A DNA stretch of 64,000 bases, taken from positions 12,586,001 through 12,650,000 of the forward strand of contig JBHGNT010000007.1 in the NCBI GenBank assembly GCA_043228905.1, in the 5' to 3' direction. The notes under the pieces are model-generated. The model did not search any database. It had not been told where the DNA came from and saw nothing but the letters and a program-made list of their open reading frames with translations. The position numbers and the translations under genes are program-made. Of the stretch, positions 58,801 through 64,000 are shown in pieces. The stretch comes from Azolla caroliniana. Lineage: Eukaryota > Plantae > Polypodiophyta. Position 1 is the stretch's first letter. The number at the start of each line of letters is the position of its first letter.

Positions 58801-61153
58801 ATACCGGAACCGGCCCCGATCCCGAAATGGATTCGGATGAAGAAGAATCGGAAGAACCGGTTACCGAAGCTCCGAAACGGAGATATCCTCTAAGAGAGAG
58901 AAGGGCCCCCCGGAGATTTCCGGAACCAGAGCACGTGCTGCTAACCGACGAGGGGGAGCCGGAGAGCTTTGAAGAAGCGAAGCATGACACCCATAGCCGC
59001 AGGTGGTTAAGTGCCATGCAGGAGGAGATGGACTCCCTGCATGAGAACCACACATATGAACTTGTGGAGCTGCCGAAAGGAAAACGGGCACTCCGTAACA
59101 AGTGGGTGTTCAAGCTGAAACCGGGAGATGCCGGAAACCCCCCGAGATACAAAGCCAGGATCGTGGTGAAGGGGTTTCAGCAGAAGAAGGGCGTCGACTT
59201 CGACGAGATATTTGCTCCGGTAGTGAAGATGACCTCCATCCGAACGGTGCTGAGCATAGCGGCAAGCATGGACCTCGAGGTAGAACAGATGGACGTGAAG
59301 ACGGCATTCCTTCACGGTGACCTCGAAGAAGAGATCTACATGCAGCAACCGGAAGGATTCGAGAAGAAAGGGAAGGAGCACCTGGTATGCCGGTTGAAGA
59401 AGAGCCTTTACGGATTGAAGCAGGCTCCCCGGCAATGGTACCGGAAGTTCGACTCCTTCATGACCGACGAAGGGTACCTCAAAACGCAGTCCGACCACTG
59501 CGTGTTTGTGAAGAAGTTCGAAGGAGGAGACTCTCTAATACTCCTCCTGTACGTGGACGACATGTTGATCGTCGGACGGGACCAGGTCAAGATACGGATG
59601 CTGAAGAAGGCTCTTCACCGAACCTTCTCAATGAAGGACCTGGGTCCGGCGAGGCAAATACTAGGGATGCACATCATCCGGGACCGGAAGAAGAAGCAGT
59701 TGTGGCTGTCACAGGAGAAGTACGTGACAAAGGTGCTTCAACGGTTCAACATGTCGGAAGCAAGACCAGTCGGGTCGACTCTCCTGGCAAACTGCAAGCT
59801 GTCCAACAAGCAAAGTCCCAAGACAAAGGCTGAAAAGGAGGATATGATGAAAGTGCCGTATGCCTCAGCAGTCGGGAGCTTGATGTACGCCATGGTGTGT
59901 ACGCGACCGGACATAGGATATGCAGTCGGAGTGGTGAGCCGGTACATGAGCAATCCCGGCAAAGAGCATTGGAACGCGGCCAAGTGGATACTCCGATACC
60001 TGAAGGGCACAGCAAACGTGTGCCTCCGATTCGGCTCCGGTAAGCCCGAACTCGACGGCTTCACCGATTCGGATATGTCGGCTGATGCAGATACCAGCCG
60101 GTCCACATCAGGGTATGTGATGACGTATGCAGGGGGAGCTGTTTCATGGCAGTCGAGGCTGCAGAAGACGGTTGCGTTGTCAACCACGGAGGCGGAGTAC
60201 ATGGCGGCTGTTGAAGCCGGCAAGGAAATAATATGGATGAAGGACTTCATTAGAGAGCTCGGTATCTGGCAGGAGGAGTACCGACTCTACTGCGACAGTC
60301 AGAGTGCAATCCACCTTGCGAAGAACGCGGCCTATCACTCCCGGACGAAGCACATCCAGCGAAGATATCACTGGATCCGGGAAAGGATAGAAGACAAGGA
60401 GTTCGTGCTGACGAAGATCCACACGGACGAGAACGGGTCGGATATGCTGACCAAGGTGCTCACACCCGACAAGCTGGAAGCATGCCGGAAGAGGATCGGA
60501 TTGGAGAGACATCCCATACCGAAGTGAAGGGGGAGTTTGTTGGGATTATGGTCCCTTTCGGATGGGATGGTCGGATGTCCGAAGATGAATGCCGACAAGC
60601 CCGGTTTCGGTTTCGGAACCGGATGATGAAGACCCCGGTTTCGGAACCGGATGACGAATGTACCCGGAGAGAGATCCGGATGCGGGAACATATCTGTGAA
60701 TATGTTTGCCAAGGGCCCTTGAGGCTATAGTTGTAAATAGCCCTAAAGTCATATGTGTATAAATATGACTTAGGGCAAACAGTTTTGTTGTTGCTAATCA
60801 TTTTTCCTGTTTTTCCACTCAAGAGGAGTGAAGAGGGAGCAACCGTGAGAGAGAGAGAGAGAGATAGAGCGTGAGAGAGGAAGAGGACGACGCCTCTTTG
60901 TATTTCCGCCTCCTGTGGCGAGGACAGCGAGCTCAAGGTCGTCGCCTTGCAGCTCGCCATTGTATACTTCTCTGTATAGTGTTGGTTTGGAGTCCTGTAC
61001 TCCCGTGGTTTTTCCCGTCTAGGGTTTTCCACGTTAATCCCTGTGTGTTCGCGTTTTGTTTCTCTTTGTGGTTCCTATTTTCTGCTCCATTGATTCGCGC
61101 TTACTCGGTTGTGGCCGAGTGGTGAAGGTAAATAGAAGGGTCGTTCACCAACA
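55808..61153 (+). mobile_element. Ty1/copia Tnt1/Tork-like element T3, full-length and intact
   Basis: 616-bp LTRs at 55808-56423 and 60538-61153 with no difference seen. TSD GGTTT. PBS TGGTATCAGAGC at 56427-56438. PPT GAAGGGGGAG before 60538. Single uninterrupted ORF. Confidence 0.98.
56454..60527 (+). CDS. Copia gag-pol polyprotein (GAG, zinc knuckle, PR, GAG-pre-INT, INT, RT, RNase H), 1357 aa
   Basis: Motifs CFHCGKPGHFRKNC, WVVDSGAS, LWHKRLCH, VHTD..ADNGGEY..NGLAER, MDVKTAFLHG, LYVDDM, FTDSD, EAEY and YCDSQSA in copia order. Confidence 0.98.
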   Translation: MEGGGSGQPGMMVLNAQNYADWKIKMEDLLIVQDLYEPIDRSEIPKGVLESEWKLLNRKAVATIRQYVDVSVLQHVANDTNAYEMWKKLSGLYERKNALNRTSLMRKIVNLKYRDGESMVEHVSTFMGFVNQLAAIKFPLEDAMQAIILMCTLPESWENLVVTLSTSCTEDNLSLQTVKTSILNEEARRRDKEPASDPKALLTESDRGRQWNRSPQRREKSGTRSQSRGRPTCFHCGKPGHFRKNCRHYRKDNGANDTDSKKSPERNGAYRGATDRRSSDRRGQDRKGTTALAASEEEIMLITEEGELNVAGDETTWVVDSGASFHLTPERRYFSSYTAGEHGCVRMGNEGTCRIAGIGDVWLTTPTGCKMLLKDVRHVPEVRLNLISAGRLDDEGYTGSIRNGVMKFSKGSLIVARARKDNTLYLMNARLCPEELNVAADTTGELWHKRLCHMSEKGMKRLAEDNLIPVKHVHLEKCTDCLAGKQNRTSFHSRPPTRRSAPLELVHTDVCQVETKSHGGAQYFVTFIDDHSRKLWTAPLKTKDQVLCVFKELHARVERESGKKLKAIRADNGGEYRGQFQEYCRSKGIRLEFTVPKTPELNGLAERMNRTIMERVRSMLAHAKLPKGFWAEAMSTATYVINRSPSVPLDGDTPQKVWTGKEVSYRHLKVFGCLAYVHVAKDRRGKLDPKTRPCIFLGYGDDEFGYRVWDPVDKKIFRSRDIIFMENKTLADWESEKKMKNSKSTGEDQLYEEQSRPARDRLALEDPAEDGEETEPAEEDENDTGTGPDPEMDSDEEESEEPVTEAPKRRYPLRERRAPRRFPEPEHVLLTDEGEPESFEEAKHDTHSRRWLSAMQEEMDSLHENHTYELVELPKGKRALRNKWVFKLKPGDAGNPPRYKARIVVKGFQQKKGVDFDEIFAPVVKMTSIRTVLSIAASMDLEVEQMDVKTAFLHGDLEEEIYMQQPEGFEKKGKEHLVCRLKKSLYGLKQAPRQWYRKFDSFMTDEGYLKTQSDHCVFVKKFEGGDSLILLLYVDDMLIVGRDQVKIRMLKKALHRTFSMKDLGPARQILGMHIIRDRKKKQLWLSQEKYVTKVLQRFNMSEARPVGSTLLANCKLSNKQSPKTKAEKEDMMKVPYASAVGSLMYAMVCTRPDIGYAVGVVSRYMSNPGKEHWNAAKWILRYLKGTANVCLRFGSGKPELDGFTDSDMSADADTSRSTSGYVMTYAGGAVSWQSRLQKTVALSTTEAEYMAAVEAGKEIIWMKDFIRELGIWQEEYRLYCDSQSAIHLAKNAAYHSRTKHIQRRYHWIRERIEDKEFVLTKIHTDENGSDMLTKVLTPDKLEACRKRIGLERHPIPK

Positions 61154-62994
61154 GGTTTGAGGAGAATGTATTCATTCTGGTTTTTGTAGGTGCAAGACTC
61201 GGGAGATGAATGGCAAGATGGTTGTAGTGGAAAATGAAGCTGATTTAATTCTGGAAGGATGACTAAAGATGGTGGTGGAGGTGGAAGCAAGGTTTCATGA
61301 GGGTTTCAGGAGATTGGATTCATTCTGTGTTTTTTGTAGGTACAGGACTCGGGTGATGAATGGCTACAAGATCTTGCAAAATGCAGAGATAGTTGAGGTG
61401 GAAGTTTTGCAAAATGGAGAGATAGTTTTAGTTACTTTCAGTTTTCAGAATGATGAGTGAAGATGGTGGCGGAGGTAGAAGCAAGGTTTCATGAGGGTGA
61501 GGAGAGTGGATTAATTCTATTTTTTTTATGTACAGGAAATGGCTGAAAATAGACAGATTCACGACTCGGGCAATAGCTGGCAAGATGGATGTTGTGGAAA
61601 AGGAAGCTGTTTTATTTTTGTAAGGATGAGTGAGGATGTTGTCGAGGGTTGAAGCAAAATGTCATGAGTGGATGAGGACAACTAATTTTTTCTTTGTTGT
61701 CTATACAGGAATTTCATGGAAAATGGAGAGATGGCTGATGTGGAAATATTTTGAAGCACATTTATCTATTTTCAGTTTATACAACGATGAGAGAAGATGG
61801 TGGCGGAGGCAAAAGAAAATTTTCATGAGGGTCTGAGGGGAGTGGATTGAGTAGAGAACCAGTATCTTCATATGGTAGGCTCATCTGGCTCATTTAGATA
61901 TGACAAATCTTACATGTAGCAGTGATCAAGGAATCATTGTGAAAGAAGGTGTTGTTGGCAAGAGATTTGTTTTCATAGATTATAATTATCCTTATCTTGC
62001 CAAATGCTATCACTTATATTTGGTCCTTTCTTTGATGATATATACTTGTAGAGATGGAAAATATGATATTCTATTTGTATAGTGCCTCTGGCGTTTTTAA
62101 TTTTAATTCCAATGGAGCATAATTTTTATGGAAAAATATACATTTATCAAAGGGCAACCCCCTTGTAGATGTGATGGCGGTGGTGCATTAGGTCCACTCC
62201 GTTTTGATACTCGCACTCACAAACTTGCATTCATGATCAAATGATATTTCCTTGACATAAACGACACTGACATATTTCCTCTATTCCAAGTAACCGTGCA
62301 TCTCCCGAGCTCATCCTCCATTGGAAAAGTTGTGTCCGAGAGTCTTTGTCTTCCAATTTTACTCGATCTTCATGCCCAATATGTGTCGGGTTTGTCCGAG
62401 TTCCTTCATCGCAAATTTCTCGTGAAGGCTCTGCTTTAGCTTTCCGGTTTCGTCTTGATCGTTCCATGCAATCAACATGTCATCAATATATAGGTTCAAG
62501 TAGATTTGGGACTCGTCAGCCAATTGCTGACTGTACATACATGGGTCGGAGTCGGATCAGCGGTAACCAAGCTGCCTGATGTAGGAGTCGAACTTCTGGT
62601 ACCACATCCTCGGCGTTTGTTTTAAGCCGTAAAGGCATTTCTTCAGTCGACATATGAGGTGACCTTCCTCCTCCTTCACCATGAAGCCTGCCGGTTGAGA
62701 CATATTTTTAATCTAAAGTTACAATTGTATACATACTAGACAATCGGCGTTTAGCCGAATCTCCAAAGGTAAAGTCGGGCTCTAGCCTAATTCGGCTAGT
62801 TATCCGAATCATATGTTGTCCGGTTCAACTTGTTTGAGTCGGTCAGACCAACTGGTTCAAATCAAATTTCATCTAAATCGGCTCATTCATTCGGATCGGC
62901 TCGTGTCTGAATTTGACTCTCGGCCTCTAGTCGATCGTTTGCTTCCCGCATGTGCTTTGCTCCTACCATTGCGTAGATGATACTTCCTACAACT

Positions 62995-64000
62995 GATATT
63001 CCTCGAAGGAATAATTTTGGGAATCAGTGTCAGATGCTCATTTAATGAGCATTTAAGTACATGTCAGTACTTGTCAACCCACTCAACAGGGCTTGTATAA
63101 AAAGTGCTTTGTGAGCACGTTGTATGTAGTTGAGTACAAAGATTATTTTCTATTAGAAGTTTGTTGTTCACTCTATCTTTGTCTCTCTCTCATCTCATCT
63201 CTATGTATACCTAACTGTTGTATCTCCGAATAACTGATTGCGTACTTTGTGTCTCGCACAACACTTCTGCACGTATCTTTTACATGATATCAAGCGCGAG
63301 GGTTGAGAATCCTCTGCAGTCGACCGAAACGCGAAAGAAGACATAGAGACACTCATTTTCTTTCGGAACAATAGGAACATGGATAGAGGAATGGGCAACT
63401 CTCTTCCGACATAGAAGCTCGAAAGAAGCAACTACGCATCTTGGTCATATACAATATGCACCAGTATCTGCTCAGGCACGGATACTAGAATTATGTCGAA
63501 GGAGCTAATGATGTAGCACCGGAGTTGATACACAAAGATTTCCTAGCCTGGGAGCAAGCGCAAGCAAAGTTTTGTACTTCTTTGCATCCTGGGTGAGTGA
63601 TTAGTTGTTGAGCTACATCTAGGATGCCAAAATGCCAGAAGATGCATGGGCGAATCTGAAATGTATTCTCACCACTAGCACGACGACCGGGAAGCTGCAG
63701 CTCAGATATGAGCTGAGCAATGTTCGACAAAAGGATCATTCGATGTCTGATTACACATCCTAGATCAAGGATATCTGTGACTCCCTCGCCTTCATCAACG
63801 TGATTGTTAAGGAGGATGAAATGGTGCAAGTCTGCCTCAGAGGGTTGGTGTCAAAGTTCGGAGCATTCCGAACAACGGTCGGCAAAGGGGAGAATATTAC
63901 TTCATTTTTCGAGCTGCAATCAAGGATTTCGTAGAAGAGAACCACGCAGGTGTATCGACGAGTGCGCACACCGATAGTAAGATGCTATACACGGAGGCGG
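62995..64000 (+). mobile_element. Degenerate relative of copia C1 (partial 5' LTR, decayed PBS, gag); runs off the window
   Basis: LTR end ...ttttaca at 63284, then tgatatcaagcgcgagggttgagaa as at 48398. The gag sequence aligns with 48470-49090. Left boundary uncertain. Confidence 0.85.

Larger units (their letters stand above)
55330..61850. repeat. Degenerate tandem array (units about 150-235 bp), split by copia T3
   Basis: Recurring gatgagtgaagatggtggcggagg..gaagcaaggtttcatgaggg near 55374, 55607, 55759, 61258, 61452, 61625 and 61786. Confidence 0.8.

Noticed and set aside
62200-62990. Possible additional minus-strand retroelement remnant
   Set aside because: Only vague gag-like resemblance in a 76-aa ORF. 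No supportable motif or boundary.

Overview
This window is eukaryotic, almost certainly plant, heterochromatin-type DNA. The lineage mix suggests a non-seed plant such as a fern (inference). No host gene is supportable. About 80% of the window is nested retrotransposons. (1) Four partial, degenerate copies of a non-chromovirus Ty3/gypsy family ('family A', minus strand, 2279-39203) with gag-PR-RT-RH-INT plus a large extra coiled-coil ORF downstream of pol. (2) A non-coding partner element ('family B', about 30883-37377) sharing A's LTR termini and priming signals. (3) A Tf1/Tcn1-like chromovirus (8533-12834) with an 11-nt self-priming site. (4) Three copies of a Tnt1/Tork-like Ty1/copia family; the one at 55808-61153 is intact with apparently identical LTRs. 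(5) Two copies of a second copia family. (6) An L1-clade LINE. (7) A solo-LTR-like insert with a 4-bp TSD, and several tandem repeats. The most novel observation: in families A and B the site where a polypurine tract should abut the 3' LTR holds a conserved, covarying stem-loop ending in a tRNA-Arg-like 3' end (...TCCCACGGGCGTGCCA). These elements therefore have an inward-facing tRNA primer-binding-like motif at both LTRs, a candidate PPT-independent or dual-tRNA priming system. Second, one 10.5-kb insert bounded by a clean TCGCC TSD consists of two different elements joined back to back, each contributing a U5 end. All comparisons were made by eye; no searches were run.
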